Position numbers and translations under genes: made by a program. From the NCBI GenBank assembly GCA_964106915.2, contig OZ066918.1: a DNA stretch of 64,000 nt; one strand, 5' to 3'. Below, piece by piece: positions 44,201 through 57,533 of the stretch. Source of the DNA: Podarcis gaigeae. Lineage: Eukaryota. The number at the start of each line of letters is the position of its first letter. Positions within the stretch are counted from its first letter, which is position 1. Below the pieces are notes generated by a model, which made no database searches, had not been told where the DNA came from, and worked only from the letters and a program-made list of their open reading frames with translations.

Positions 44201-47200
44201 GAGGAATGAGCATCTGGAAGAAACCGAAATTGAAGGATTCATCCATTCCTACTTGCTGTTGCTCATTCCTGCAAAGATAAGTCCTGGCTTAATATTCAGC
44301 TCTATGCATTATGCTACTATAATCTGTCTCTTCTCTTAAAAATACTCTTTGTGACAGATATATGAAAACGGGGATAGTTTCAAAGTGAATGATGTTCTTG
44401 AGGTGTATGGGATTTTATCTGTCGATCCAGTCCTGAACATGGTGAACAACGAAGATAGGTAACATTTTAATGTTAATAGGATCCACATTTACAGTTATTA
44501 ATGATAATAATGATGAAGGCACACAGATTTGAGCTACAAACAATATTTAAGTATTTTATTTGTAATTTATCAGTATAATAATGGCAGTGTGTCCCTAACC
44601 CTTTGGTCAGTGTGCTTCAGTACTGAAACAGAGAGGAAATTTATATCAGTATCTTTCTTTTGAAGATTGCTGGCAGTCCACAAGCTGATCCTGCTTTGTT
44701 TCCAGTGCAATTCAGTGGACAGGGTGGGACAAGAGTGGGGGAAATTTGGGTTAGAATACCACCTCTTCCATGTATTTGTTGTATGTCTCTCAGCCTCAGT
44801 TTCCCACTTCATAGAATTATGGGGAAGGTGTTTATGAACACCGTAAAGATGATGAAATGTTCTTTAAACCAAATTCACAGCACAGTGGTACCTCGGATTA
44901 CAAACACTTCAGGTTACAGACTCTGCTAACCCAGAAATAGTACCTCAGATTAAGAACTTTGCTTCAGGATGAGAATAGAAATCACGCAGTGGCGGCGCGG
45001 CGGCAGCAGGAGGCCCCACTAGCTAAAGTGGTACCTCGGGTTAAGAATGGACCTCCAGAATGAATTAAGTTCTTAACCCGAGGTACCACTGTATAAATAA
45101 GCAGAAGTATGATGCAGTTTTTGCAATAGCAAGCTAAGCTCATCCTTTACTATGGTGCTGACAGCACATGCCCTGCTGTCTCCTTAAACACACAGCGCTA
45201 TGAGGGTGACAGGCAATGTCAGAAGGAAGACCTCTTCATTTGTTAATCAAGCTCAGCTATGTTGTTGACAGTGTAGCAAGCAGGAAGCCCCCACCCCCCA
45301 GACCAATCTATGGGTCCTTCAGTCTGGCATTGATGTTGTGGAAAGTTACAAGGCATACACACACTTCTTGACCTAGTGGGCTGCCACATCCATGCCAGTC
45401 ACCACACTGGTACCACTCCAGACCCCACTTAGGATTGCTCTGTTAGAATCCTGGAGATGTTCTGTGTATGCAACATTGGGAAGGGTTTCTAGCCATGTTG
45501 CCTTTTTCCTTTCGGCCTCAAGCACCATAGCAAAGAGGCCTATTATGTGTAATACCTTCCTCTGTAGAGCTTATAGCTTCATCCCACAGAAGTACACGGT
45601 GGCAGGTTTTGATTCTAAGTGGGGTTGAAACCTTGTAGTAGCTGTCCTTCCCAGTAGGACTTGCCCCTCCCAATTTTCATGGTGTACATTTTTTAGTCCC
45701 GCTCTATCTGTTTTATATGTCATTGTATTCATTGATAGCACCTGTATAACTGCACGAAATGTGTCTTAAGCTTGGCTGTTTTTATTTACTAGGGAGAATT
45801 CATCCTCTCCAGTGGAGTCTATGGAATGTATGGACACAATGGAAGAACAGAGGGTTCATAGTCCCCCAGCCTCATTAGTTCCCAGAATCCATGTGATTTT
45901 AGCACAGAAACTTCAACACATAAATCCATTATTGCCTGCCTGCCTTAATGAAGAGGAAAGCAAGAGCTGTAAGTAGCTAAGCTATTAAAAGAAAGATGAC
46001 CTCATTACTGATGAATGTCTGCACTGGACTTTATTGTTTCCACTTCCTCATTCACAAAGAAATAAGCTTGTTCCCAGAGTCCTACGTATTCAGATCACAA
46101 AGGTATTCTACTAAACATCTTTTAAGCCTTTGATTTCAAGGTTTTCTAGATTTTCCACAAATACATTGGCATTGTCAGGGTTTTTTTTTTATTTGAGAAA
46201 TGTGACTTGAAATAAGCTTATTCCTGGAAAAAGGCCCCCCATGCCAGTCCTAATTAACCATTGCTCACCCCCTGTAGCAACAGTTAAGGCTCTGGTGTAT
46301 ATTTTGTACTTTTATCTAGTGAACAAATGCATATGAAATATGCAAACATGGGATTATAGTGTGTATGTTACAAAGATCCATACTCCAAATAGTTAAAGAA
46401 GGTTGCTATCAACACTGATCTCTTTGGTTTTTAACTGAGCTTGATTTTGCTTCGTGACACTTGTATTTTTTTAAATAGTTTCTCTTCCTTACGCAAGTTG
46501 TTTATATTTTGGCTACAAGTTTTACTATGAGATCCTTGGTGGAGATGGAGCTATTGAATCCTTTTGTAAACATAGCTGGTAGTTATGAATCCTACAGCAT
46601 ATTTAAGTCCCTTGGCTCAAAAACCATTCAGTTTCCTTTAATGAGGGATTCACTGTGAACAGGATTCACAAATCCAAATCAGCTGTTTTTCAGCAAAGGA
46701 ATGGAAGCTGAGGAAACAGCTCTTAATTACAATATTGAGTAAAAGTCTTTCTCCACCCACCCCCTACAACAGCTGTTTCCCTACTAGATGCTTCTCTGAG
46801 GCAGAAGCCAGCCTCCTAAAAATCAAAGCTCATATTAATGATTATGTACCGTATTTCCCAGCTTTGTTTAAGGAAAATTGGGTGGGGGTTTTTATACATT
46901 GAATTTTCTCACTTAAGCACAAGTGTTAATTAAAAGTGTGGGTTATGCCAGCCATTATGTGGGCACTGAATTTCGCTAGAGAAATGTTTGCATAAAAGGG
47001 GAAGAAAATTAATAAATAAATTGCTTTATTAGCTTCAATTCTGTCCAAATTCAAGTTACCATTCATTCCTGTGTTTGAAAGTAGACAGTAATGAGTAAAG
47101 ATAAAATATTACAATATAATCAGTACTACTTTCTTAATTGTTATTTATTTACAGAGCAATCCAAACAGTGTGGGAGAGGGAGAACTGAAGGGAAACACCT

Positions 47201-48441
47201 TTTTTGGTGCCCTGCAGGACAAAAAGGACCATAAAGCAGTGGGGGTTTGGGGGGGCGCCTGTTACCACCTGCTCTTTCTTTTTCTTCAGGACTTGCATAT
47301 GTTTACTCATTTGGGGGGCATAATGTCAGGAGACTGGGACTTTTTCAGATGTATTACTTTTCCCTGCTCTCCCATGACATACCCCTTTTCCTTTATTGAA
47401 TTCTGTAAGGTGCAGGCTACAGAGGGAGGCCTGCCCACTCAGAGGTTGATTTGAAAAGTGATTGGCCCCTGGCACACTCTCCCAAGGACTGCAAGATTAG
47501 AAAACGTTTATATGCCACCTTTCAATTTTATATTCTCTGTAGTTTACAAATTAAGATTAAAAAGGAGACATTATTAAAATAACCCTCTATTATCCATGTA
47601 CAACATGCTGTTTAATGTCTACATCTGCATGTTCCACTGAGCCATAGTTGAGTGCTGTATGAACTGGCTACATTGCATCTTAGGCTCCCATCCTTTCTCG
47701 CATGCAGCTTCTGCTTTTACATAACCACAGCTGCTGTTTCATTTACACTGTGGTTAATATTAATCATGGTTGATTTTCAAACAAGCCAGTTTCAAACCAT
47801 AATTACTGACAGTGGCCTGCTGAACAAACCATAGTTAAGGCTAAGCACATTTCTAGATCCTGATGAATCTGCAAGCTGCACCTTAAATCAAGAGCAGAAG
47901 CTTGCAAACAGTTCCTCCCAGCTGTGTGTGCAAAAGATAAGGGGAAGCATGCAGCCCAGTGCCTGTATATTGTGCTAAACTATGCTTTAGCGTTACATGA
48001 AAATGTGACCGACAAGTGGCCTCCCCAAACAATTAGTGATGCTGCTGCATGTACACCAATGTGTTCATTAGTCCTGTCCTGCAGAGGGCACCCACAGACC
48101 AGAAACTAAGCAGCAGACCTCTCAAATTCAAACCCAGACTGGCTCATGGAGGCCAGTCTATAGCACAGTATCCTCCTTCAGGGTTAGAGTCACCTCCTCT
48201 TCATGCAAGATCCAAATCCAACCATGCTCTTCTTGCCTCTTGGTGGTAGTATTCTGAGGTTCTATGCTCTTTGTAATGACAGACACCTCCCTGTGTTTTT
48301 GTGTAATCTATATTCTTTAAACATGCACACATATAGTGTTCTGGCTTGTGTAATTATGTACTGCTTTTGCAGACCAGATTTTGTATAGTATTGGTTAGTG
48401 TCGTATGAAAGTATATAATAAGAAAGACATTATGTTAAACC

Positions 48442-48478
<37 letters not shown>

Positions 48479-51400
48479 GTAAGGGCCTATGTTGAGAAAC
48501 TTTGCCCCAACCGTCAGACAAAGTAGCATAGTGTGAAACTTAGGTGGGCAAAGTTTTACAGCAAGATACAAAATTTGCTCTTTTGCTGGATATAGAGCTG
48601 TATGTTGTCCAGTCTTTTCCCCAGTTGATACTCATTCATATAAAAAGAACTGTATTTTATATGACTGTTAGGCAATGGTATTTCTGTCTACTCCCTACTG
48701 TTCTCTGTTAGTTGTTTCTAGTTTTATGTCTGAACTGTCACCAGTCAGAGCAGAGCTTCTTGGCTTCCTCACTCATGCCTTCTTGGGAGACAGCCTGGCT
48801 GCTGAGTACCTTATATTGCATCTCATTTCCACAGTGTAAGTAACCTGGTCAGCTATTTAGAACATTTCATTTTCCCCATACAACCCTTTTTAAATTTAGG
48901 ATTTAGCATGCGGCTCAGCAGATTCTTAAGTGTCAGGGGCTCAAAGAGATAAAATAACATCTATGAACTAATAACCAGAGCAGATGTTTTAATGTATTAA
49001 ACCCAAATACACAGGAATAGTCTTGGGTATATCATTGCCCAAGAAATTGAAGATTTCTGGGAAGCAAGAACTCTGGGAAGCTTTCAAACAATGGTATGTG
49101 TGTGATAAACCATGGTTCATTATGTGCACCAACTTCAGGGTCATGTTCTCCTTCCTCCACCAGTACAGATCTCAGTTTCAATAAACCACAGCTCAGTGTT
49201 GGCTCTGAATCCTAAACTGTGGTTAGTCCTACCTATAGGTAATTCAAACAGACTAGCTTCATAAGCTTTGGCTTGATGGTAGTTTCAACTAACCATATTT
49301 AATACTAGCCACAGTTTGACCAAGTCTGAGCAAAATACTTAACTGCCAACTTACTACTCCTGACTCCACCAGAGGATGGTGGGAAAGCAGTTGAGCCCAA
49401 GGCTCACTGCAGCTAATTCTTGTAAGAGCGAGTGAGAATTTGCTCAAGGGTGGTACATTTTGGACAAATATTCTCCAAATTTACTTCTGTTAAGTTGTAC
49501 CCTATTTTCATCATCTAAGGTTGGGCCTTCAGCTCGCCTCCAGACTGGGCTCCTATAGCATCAGGAAGTTACAGACCTGATTGTCTTATGTGTTCCATAT
49601 GTTAGTTGCATCTCATTCTCATTCTTGTTAACTTGTGTATTTGAGTTTGGATGTTTTGTTTCTCATCTTCCAGTGTCTATTGGGAGAGGAGTAATTAACT
49701 AGATACATAAGCTGTCCTTGCTCCTCACCCAATAAACAATTATAACAAAACCATCCAGAAATATAACTCCTTCAGGGCTTCTCTCCTTCTTAAGAGGTCA
49801 GTGAAAAGGGGGAAGGTTGAGCCAATATTTGTAACTACCTCAGCCTTTCCTGATGATTGAAATAATTGTGGAGGAGAATTTGGAGGTTCTGAATAATTTA
49901 CCACCTGAACCATTGATATCCTCAACTGTGCTCCCAATCATCATTTGCCCTCTACATATGAAGCTGAGGTCTTTTCTGGTATTCAGATGTATAAAACTGA
50001 AGCTCACTTTACAGGGTTTGGGGAGGGGAAACAATTTTTGAGCTTTCTATTAGCCTTCTAGACATCTGCTTTTTTTATTTAAAAAAACCCCCATGAATCA
50101 TGAATTTGCCACTAACTTATTGCAATCACTCTAGCAATTTCAAAATGTCTGCTTTCTCTTTTGTGTGTTGTCTAGCTATGCAAGAAGAGATGTTCTTCCT
50201 CTGGGAAAATTCACAGTCAACTTAAGCGGCTGTCCAAGAAATAATGTCTACACGGAGCACATATACAATATTATTCAGCAGCTAGTGCCTGCAGTAAGAA
50301 TTCTATATATATAAATGCTTTGTGGAGCAACTGATTGTGCAATAGTTCACCTATATGAGTATGTTGATACAGTAGCCACCTAGAAGCTTCATTGCAGAAC
50401 GGGAGGTGTTAGAAGTATACCTAAAAAAGGCAGGTGCACACTTTCCTACAATATTTCTGTTCCAATAGCTGTGAAGACTGCTATTGGAACAGTACTTTCA
50501 GTTCCTTGGTCATAGTAGTAGCCAACACCTAAATGGAGAAATGAAGTATCTGTATGTGGAATTCTGTGGTATATTTTTTGGAATAGAGTTTATTTTGCCT
50601 TACGCAACATCTTTAGTACTCAAGGGTACTATGATAATTTGGAGCTTTAAGGGAACTCAGTAAACACGTAGGACTTGCGTCTTTTAAAACTAATACACAA
50701 AAAACTTAACTCGCTACAGTTCTTTTTTTAAAAAAAAGCTTGCTAATGACATATCTAAGTGTATTGAGAATAAACACTTGTATTCCCCATTCAACTTGTG
50801 ATGTCTGCATGGTTGCTGTTTGATCCTTCCTTTGGAATCCCGCTTGTTATATCTCTGTTGCTGTTTTAGTGTTGTTTTGTCTGTCAAAGGAACACTTCTT
50901 AGCAGAAAGCTCGTAACTTTTTTCCCCCTTGACAGTCCTATCGCCTGCCCATGACCATAGAGAACATGAACTGCTTAAAGTTTAACCCCCACAAGGACTA
51001 CACAGCTAACCGCTTAGTGAGTGGAGTACTACAGCTCGCAAGCAATACCTCCCTTGTGATAGATGAGACTCTGCTTGAGCAAGGACAGCTTGACACTAGA
51101 GGTTGGTATTTGGGTTTCATTCATCCATTCATTATCCCAGTGCAAAGCTCTCTTGCATTAACAGAAATATTAAGAAGAAACTAGATCGCTGCATTTCGAA
51201 AGGATAATGTTGGCTGTTCAGGTTGCACTGTCATTATTTTACAGAGTTATCTCTCAGTTGGCCCATTTTTGGCATCACATCTGTGTCAGTTTAATTGGAC
51301 AGTGTGTCTAACTGGCTCCAGTCTGTAACTTTGTTGCTTAGGGGAGAGTACCTGAACTTCACTACGGTAGCTTTATATATGTTTCTGCCGCCTACTTTTG

Positions 51401-54400
51401 TGTCTGATCATTTTGCTCTGTTTGGAAGCAGTGCTGACTTCATCTCCTTATACTGCTGGCATCCTTGTTTTATAACAGGGGTAGACTCCCAATTCCAAAA
51501 GCCTCAGGCAGGACCTTCTTGCTGGTTAACACAGTGGTCTACTCCCAAAATGTATGTGTGTTTTCTCAAGCTGACAATCCCAATTCTTGAAATAATTGGA
51601 CATTTTATCTAACATGTCAGTGAGATCAGGGTTTTCAACCACTGGTTGGCTTATATCATAACTTCCCTTCTGACAAACAGCAGAGTTCACATAACAGGGA
51701 TTTCCACCTCCTTTGTAAAGATATGGCACAGGGGGCTGCAGACAGAGAATTTGATGGAAGTCGCCCTTTTTCATCAACAGAGTAGCAACCTAGGATCCAA
51801 GCCATTGTCTCTGTAATGTATAACAAATTCTCATACGTGACAACCCATGTCATATGTAGCTAACCAATTTTTACAGGTTAGCATGATTAGAGCAGAGTAC
51901 GTGTGCTTAAAGTACTGCAGAAAATTTGGATTAAAGTCCTTTCATATCCCGTGCTTAGTATCAAGATGGAGGGTTTGATAAATAGGTGCCAGCTGGCAAC
52001 TCAACTGGAAGGAGAGGTTTTTTGCTGATTTCTGCAGCATAAAAGGTGGCTCTGGGGGGAAAGGGAAAGTGACAGAAATTGCTTTCCTTTCCTCCAGCAG
52101 GAACTTCCACTGATTTTGAGTTACTTCTGCAAAAGGAATAAGCCCTCCCATTCACAGAAGGACAAATCTGGATCAGCGCTGTTTTTTTTTAATTTGCTTG
52201 TTGTAAAGGGATTTTTGTACCACCACTGAGAGTTTCCAGGGCAGTTCACAAAAACTTGGCTCAGTGCTCCAACAAAATCTTAAGCCTTTTAATTTAAAAC
52301 CATTACTTAAATCTGCTTAACACTTTAATTCATTGTTCCAGTTACTCCATGCCTTGTTTGTTCTGATCAACCTGACATGTGCGTGGAACAATTTGTTACC
52401 TTGTGTTTGATTTGGCGGGTGGGAATTTGCTCCGTTTTCACTTAACTTAGTACACTTCACAATGTGCTTTTGTGAAAACTTAATAAGGAATTCCTTCCTT
52501 TTTGCCCGTTGGTGGAATGAATGTTCGCTGCTCTGAAGGCAGCTGTTTCCAGCTTTGCTGAGTCATTGCTGCCTTTCCCAGCGTGGGAGCCTCCAGCTCG
52601 AGCCAGTTCTGAACATCCGGTTAGCTTTCTTACTCGGTATTACCAGTATTAGCCTCAGGCATCTATTGAAAAGCTCTGTATTAGGGGGAAACTAAAACTT
52701 AAATCTTTAATTCACTGTATCAGTAGATCATTCTTGGCAGAATAGAGCTTCTGGTGTCATTTAGTTATGTTTCTTAGCTTAAAACAGTGACGCCTCCTTA
52801 TAATATTCTTGGGCTATTTTCGTAACTCCTGTGTAGAACACCCAGGCTATCTTAAACTTCTCTACTAGCAGGTTTTCTGCTTCTGTTGGATCATAAAATA
52901 TTGCAATCATACTTTGTCTTAAAGAGCATGTAATGAGGGCCTAGTCTGCATTTGTTTGTACCTGGTGAAGAGGCTGCAAATGTGAAAAACAGGAGCCGCC
53001 CACAGCCATGAGTTGCTATCACAATCCTTTCTTTCTCAAGGACATAATAAATGAAGGAATGCTCAAGTAGTGCATTTCTGCTTTAAAAGCAGGTGTTGGT
53101 AGGTACAACGTGGTCAGTAGGATGGAATAGTAGTTGCCACCACCTAAGTGGTAGTGCCTCTTGTCTGCTACTGTATACAGTGGTACCTTGGTTTACAAAC
53201 TTAATTTCTTCCGGAAGTCCATTCTTAAACCAAAGCATTCATAAACGAGGCATGCTTTCCCTCCTTCCACCCTCTGGCTTCCGTTCCTCTTCCAAGGCAA
53301 AGTTCGCTAACCGGAAACCTACTTCCGGTTTTGCGGAGTTTGTTGCCCAAATAGTTCGTTAACAGGACTGTTCGTAGACCGAGGTACCACTGTATTAAAG
53401 TTTGGGTGCCCGATTATTCTTCCAAAGCAGCTACTCTATTCCCAGCTTAAGAATGGAAAGTGAAATACCAGTGCACAACAAAAGAGGTTTAAAGAGGTTC
53501 TTAAAGGCAAATCTTTAAAAATGTAGTATAAGTGCTGATAACTGGGAAACACTAGCCTTTGAGTGCTCCAATTGGAGAACAGCCTTTACCAAAGGTGTCA
53601 TGGACTTTGAAGAAGCACAAACTCAGGGCAAAAAGGAGAAACAAGCTAAGAGCAAGGCATGTTTGGCAAACCCTCACCATGATCAACGTCCGCCTGGAAA
53701 CCTATGTCCCCACTGTGGAAGGATGGGTGGATCCAGAATTGGCCTCCACAGTCACTTATGGACTCACTGTTAAGACCATTTTCATGGAAGACCATCTTAC
53801 TTGGCTACCAACGATCGCCAAAGAAGAATTAAATTTCTTTCCCTGATCAGGGAACAAACATGTCATCTATCTCGAGCTTCATATTTGGTCTCTTAGCTTC
53901 TTTTGAAATCATACTGATGCTATAGTAGTACTTGTTCCATGGGCCACAGGGATTGCTACAGCACTTTTCCAGCTGGACATGATGGGTGCCATAGCACCTG
54001 GTGAGATTTATACCCTAGCAAATGGACACTGCAGCACTTCAGGAGGCACAGGGGAAGAATGAATAAGCAAGAACGATGGGATTTCTGGAAACAAAAACTA
54101 TTGCTTATAGATGGAAGTTCATGGAACCCTGAAACTCTCACTATTCCCCCCCCCCCTTTCCAGCACCCTCCTTATTCAGATGACTAGTGCCTGGTGCTGA
54201 AAAGCTGAAATTGCTCTCTTTTTTGTTCTACCACGTAGTTCAACAGATACTGTAGTACCTTGAATTCTTAACTGATATACTGAATAAATAGTAGAAGCTA
54301 TAACAGCAGATGTATACTTGTGCAAAATATAATTCTCCATTCTGTCTCCTTCCAAATAATACTCCAGGATCTACTCTAGGACTTGACCTAATATCCCTTT

Positions 54401-57289
54401 GAACGGGAAAGTGCCATGATACATACAATAATATTACATCATCTTGGAGTAGACTCTACATCCTGAAGTTTGTGTGTGTGTAATATAACATATATTCTTG
54501 TGATTTAAGTAGATAATTTATTCCCAAATAGTAATATACTGCACAAAATAACTGCCAACTGATCATTGAAAGACTGTGTTTTGTTTAAAACTTGAAGACT
54601 TTGCATCTACATTTCAGAGGATTTTTTTTCCCTGTTTCTGTAGGTGTTCACAATGTGACAGCACTAGGTCACCTGATAACTTGGCAGAAGGTGGATTATG
54701 ACTTCAGTTACCACCAGATGGAATTCCCATGCAACATTAATGTCCTTATCACTTCAGAGGGCAGATCGCTCCTACCGGTATGGCAATACTTCACTTTTCC
54801 TCTGCATTTGAAAGCTTGTTAATGAAGAACAAGAGCATACTATCCTAGGCCTACTAATTTTGTGTGTTATCACTACTTGCCACTTTCAACTGCTGTTCAG
54901 TGAAATATGCTATATTTGCTATTAAGATCTCATTTACTTTGAAATGAAAGGGAAAGGTTGGGATGCTGTAGCGATAGGACAACATAGAGTTGGAAGATGA
55001 TGGCCCACACATCGTAGACATTATGTGTGGTGTTCCATTTGTAGATGGAGAGGATAAACCAGATAGGCTAGTTCTTGAACCCCCATTCCTCAAGTTGGAG
55101 CTGTGTAGCAAATACATCTATTTAGGGTTGCCTAAGTTTTGTTAATAGTCTAAACCATATTTGTGCTTTGTTAATAATAATAATTTCCCCCTTTTTTATC
55201 CCTCACTCTCCCACCCGCAAGCTCAGCTCCCCTCTCTGATTTATTTGCACATATTATTCTCTGCATGTTATAAAATTGTAATTGGTTATATTGATTGATA
55301 ATTTGTTCTGTTAAAATTGTTTAATAAATATATATATTATTAATAATATTTTTTACCTCACCCATCTGGCTCATATTACAGCCCACATCGCTTATAGTAT
55401 GGAACTGATAACAGTGAAGGAGAAGTAATGCTGTGCAATATCTTTCCACAGTCCGACTGCCAAGTCCACCTGCAGCCGCAGCTCATTCCCCCCAATATGG
55501 AAGAGTACATGAGCAGCCTTCTCACAGCAGTGCTGCCATCTGTCCTCAACAAGTTCCGCATTTATCTAAGCTTGCTGAGACTGCTGGATTACAGTATATC
55601 TGATGAAGTGACCAAGGTAGAGAAAGCACTTTCCGCTTTACCAGAATCTCTTGTCAAGCAGAGTATATAGTTTGGGACAGAGTCATTCCATCTAGGCTGC
55701 CACCTCCCTTATCCACAATACTCCTTGCCCTAACTATGAAAGGGAATCTACCATTGGGGATTTTGTTGGACTTCAGATATGACTGCTTCAGCCTGTTGCT
55801 TCCTGAAAAATATGAAGAACTGTCCTAGAATCAGTTAAGTTGCTATTATCAAGGGGAGAAAGTGCAGGAGGACATGATCCCTATGAACGGACAGTGCGTA
55901 TTGGCAGCGGAGTAGGCAAGTGTGGTCTCGTCTTCTCATGGGTGGGATAGAACACTCTCTTCATTTTAGAATACTGTCTTCAAGGGATAACGGCACCATG
56001 TAGGGGCCCATTAGGAGCTGTTGTAACACTAGGATACCTGGGAGTAAAGCACTTTGCCATTATATAGGCTTGGAACTATAGTCCCTCCTTCAATGGAAGA
56101 TTTTGCCAATACTACACTGCATTCCTACCTTACAATAGCTAAAAGTAGCATAAAAAAGGGGTAGATGTTTATTTTGTGTAGTGGGGAAATAATTCTTCCC
56201 ACCTGGAATTCAACATGCCTAAAAAGCGCAGTGCTACAAGCAAGGTAATTTGCTATGTAGTTCCAACTCATATTTAAAACATACTTCGAAAGTGCAATAA
56301 TTTTATCACTACATTTAATCAAAACACAACTTCTCTTACAGGCAGTAGAAGATGATTTTGTGGAAATGCGTAAAAATGACCCTGAGAGTATCACAGCTGA
56401 TGATCTTCATAGAACTCTACTTGTGGCAAGGTGAGAATACAAATGCAGAATAGCAAACTGCAAGATGCCATAATTTGCTGAAGAATTGCTTATCCCTTTA
56501 ACTGCTTCAGTTCTCTTCTTGGCCCTTCTTCCCCACCATTGCTCATTTATCTTCCTCCATTTCCTTTTGGAGAGTCACTAAATCTCTTTTTTATGGCAAG
56601 CTGCTGAAAAAAAGTCCTGGTTATGATAATTCTTGACCTGGATTGCCAAGAAATGTAACCTAGACTCGTAGGAGCCTACAAATAAACTATACTATATAAT
56701 ACACTTAAGTAGAACAAGTACATGGCATGCAGACCCAGATTCTGCAAAGGAGGATTATGGGGCTACCTAGAACATGGGTCAGAAAACTAAGGCTGGTGGG
56801 CCAGATCAGGCCTAATTGTCTTCTGGATCTGGCCCGCAGACGATCCGGGAATCGCTGTGTGGATCTCTAGCGCACACATCCTTTCCCACTCCCTCACACG
56901 GTGGTGGCGCCTCCTCCTGACTTTTCCCCACCCTGCCTAGAGGAGGAAGGGGGCTAGGCTTTATTGGTGCCAGCAGCAGCAGTGCTTGAGCGGTCTGAGG
57001 GACAATGGACCAGCCCCCTGCTGAAAAAGTTTGCTGACCCCTGACCTAGAAGCGCAGTTTAGCTTGTTGCTTTCTTGCACAGTTAAGGGATATGGAGTGA
57101 TCACAGATTACAGTTGCAAAGTTAAAACCCGTGTTTCTACAACGTATCTTTCTTGCCTGCAGGTTCCTTTCTCTGAGCGCTGGGCAGACGACGTTGTCAA
57201 GAGAGAGATGGCTCAGAGCAAAGCAATTGGAGGCACAACGTAAAGTGAGACTACAGCAGCAGAAGTGTGTAAATGGAAATGAACTCTAA
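32163..57289 (+). CDS. MCMBP: Mini-chromosome maintenance complex-binding protein, whole gene span; 16 coding exons, 636 aa
   Basis: The exons below join in phase (1911 nt) from [19 protein letters not shown] to [11 protein letters not shown], matching recalled human MCMBP. Intron 5 is U12-type. Confidence 0.97.
33019..33437 (-). mobile_element. Solo LTR
   Basis: TGTTG...TAACA termini; 4-bp TSD ATAT (33015-33018 / 33438-33441); minus-strand AATAAA at 33137-33142. Confidence 0.65.
35492..35577 (+). CDS. MCMBP: MCMBP coding exon 2
   Basis: [29 protein letters not shown]; TTCCTAG / GTAAA; 86 nt. Confidence 0.95.
36518..36653. mobile_element. Palindromic hAT-type MITE
   Basis: Near-perfect 136-bp fold-back; TIR CAGGCATCCCCAAACTCGGC; 8-bp TSD CTCTAGGA / CTGTAGGA. 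Confidence 0.92.
37779..37919 (+). CDS. MCMBP: MCMBP coding exon 3
   Basis: [34 protein letters not shown]...TKSC; CTACAG / GTAAGT; 141 nt. Confidence 0.96.
38960..39001 (+). CDS. MCMBP: MCMBP coding exon 4
   Basis: [14 protein letters not shown]; AATAG / GTGAGT; 42 nt. Confidence 0.95.
39610..39745. mobile_element. Older Penelope-like remnant with inverted hammerhead-like halves
   Basis: Minus strand GCAT-CTGATGA-...-GAAAGCTCATG (39651-39690); partial plus-strand ...GAAAGCTCATGC (to 39723). Confidence 0.5.
40705..40806 (+). CDS. MCMBP: MCMBP coding exon 5
   Basis: [11 protein letters not shown]...[18 protein letters not shown]; acceptor TTCTAG; followed by U12 donor ATATCCTTT; 102 nt. Confidence 0.94.
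40807..41660 (+). other. MCMBP: U12-type (minor spliceosome) intron 5 of MCMBP with AT-AA termini
   Basis: 5' site ATATCCTTT (40807-40815); branch site TCCTTAAC (41642-41649); the intron must end ...GATTTAA at 41660 to join WVKE|AYTS in frame. Confidence 0.9.
40886..41008 (-). mobile_element. Short SINE with a tRNA(Lys)-like head and CR1-like tail, inside the U12 intron
   Basis: Minus strand GATAGCTCAGTCGGTAGA...CTCTTAATCTCAGGGTTGTGGGTT followed by TTGGACTAGA...TTCCAACTCTACAAT. Confidence 0.7.
41661..41790 (+). CDS. MCMBP: MCMBP coding exon 6
   Basis: [43 protein letters not shown]; donor G|GTATCA; 130 nt. Confidence 0.9.
42308..42459 (+). CDS. MCMBP: MCMBP coding exon 7
   Basis: [20 protein letters not shown]...[17 protein letters not shown]; TTGCAG / GTAAT; 152 nt. 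Confidence 0.95.
42563..42723 (+). mobile_element. CR1-type LINE 3' end remnant
   Basis: ...GTGAGAACAGGATACTGGGCTAGA...GCCTGATACAGCAGGGCTCTTCTGTTCTTA tail. Confidence 0.55.
43369..43468 (-). mobile_element. Penelope-like pLTR fragment with a mutated hammerhead motif
   Basis: Reverse complement of the 3922-4010 block; 12-bp TSD TGTATTTGGATG (43357-43368 / 43469-43480). Confidence 0.8.
44358..44458 (+). CDS. MCMBP: MCMBP coding exon 8
   Basis: [33 protein letters not shown]; GACAG / GTAAC; 101 nt. Confidence 0.95.
44883..45091. mobile_element. Tc1/mariner (Tigger-like) MITE
   Basis: TIR CAGTGGTACCTCGG / CCGAGGTACCACTG; TA on the right side. Confidence 0.88.
45793..45968 (+). CDS. MCMBP: MCMBP coding exon 9
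   Basis: ...[42 protein letters not shown]; ACTAG / GTAAGT; 176 nt. Confidence 0.95.
48442..48478. repeat. (AAT)12 microsatellite
   Basis: Seen directly. Confidence 0.97.
48712..48835 (+). CDS. MCMBP: MCMBP coding exon 10
   Basis: [41 protein letters not shown]; GTTAG / GTAAGT; 124 nt. Confidence 0.96.
50176..50293 (+). CDS. MCMBP: MCMBP coding exon 11
   Basis: [22 protein letters not shown]...IIQQLVPA; TCTAG / GTAAG; 118 nt. Confidence 0.96.
50936..51101 (+). CDS. MCMBP: MCMBP coding exon 12
   Basis: [12 protein letters not shown]...[17 protein letters not shown]...[14 protein letters not shown]; GACAG / GTTGGT; 166 nt. Confidence 0.96.
53178..53392. mobile_element. Tc1/mariner (Tigger-like) MITE
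   Basis: TA|CAGTGGTACCTTGG...CCGAGGTACCACTG|TA. Confidence 0.9.
54644..54777 (+). CDS. MCMBP: MCMBP coding exon 13
   Basis: [45 protein letters not shown]; TGTAG / GTATGG; 134 nt. Confidence 0.96.
55452..55616 (+). CDS. MCMBP: MCMBP coding exon 14
   Basis: [20 protein letters not shown]...LNKFRIYL...YSISDEVTK; CCACAG / GTAGA; 165 nt. Confidence 0.96.
56342..56430 (+). CDS. MCMBP: MCMBP coding exon 15
   Basis: [29 protein letters not shown]; TTACAG / GTGAG; 89 nt. Confidence 0.96.
56773..57043. mobile_element. hAT-type MITE
   Basis: 8-bp TSD ACCTAGAA (56765-56772 / 57044-57051); TIR CATGGGTCAGAAAACT / AGTTTGCTGACCCCTG. Confidence 0.85.
57163..57289 (+). CDS. MCMBP: MCMBP coding exon 16 (stop TAA)
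   Basis: [23 protein letters not shown]...[11 protein letters not shown]; acceptor CTGCAG; 127 coding nt. Confidence 0.96.
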
Positions 57290-57527
57290 AGCTACAGCTC
57301 CCATTTTGCTTTGATGACTGCAACTTTTGCCTAATCTGTGGAGCTAGTACAAAGGGTGCTAGCTTATGTTTATATTGGGTTTTGTAGATAATTTGTACCA
57401 GAATGTTATGGCTGTTTTCTCAAACTTGGACACAATTTATGGTGTTCAACAGATTTAACACCGATCATAAAATTTTGGAGCTTGTTTTGTAACTGAACTA
57501 GAAACAATGGAACAATTACTGTTTGAT

Positions 57528-57533
57528 ATTAAA
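57528..57533 (+). terminator. Candidate MCMBP polyadenylation signal (ATTAAA)
   Basis: ATTAAA about 240 nt after the stop, in an AT-rich 3' UTR. Confidence 0.4.

Noticed and set aside
44367-44372. MCMBP YENGD where the recalled human sequence has YEDWD
   Set aside because: A single substitution judged from memory; it cannot be separated from ordinary divergence or a base-call error without alignments.
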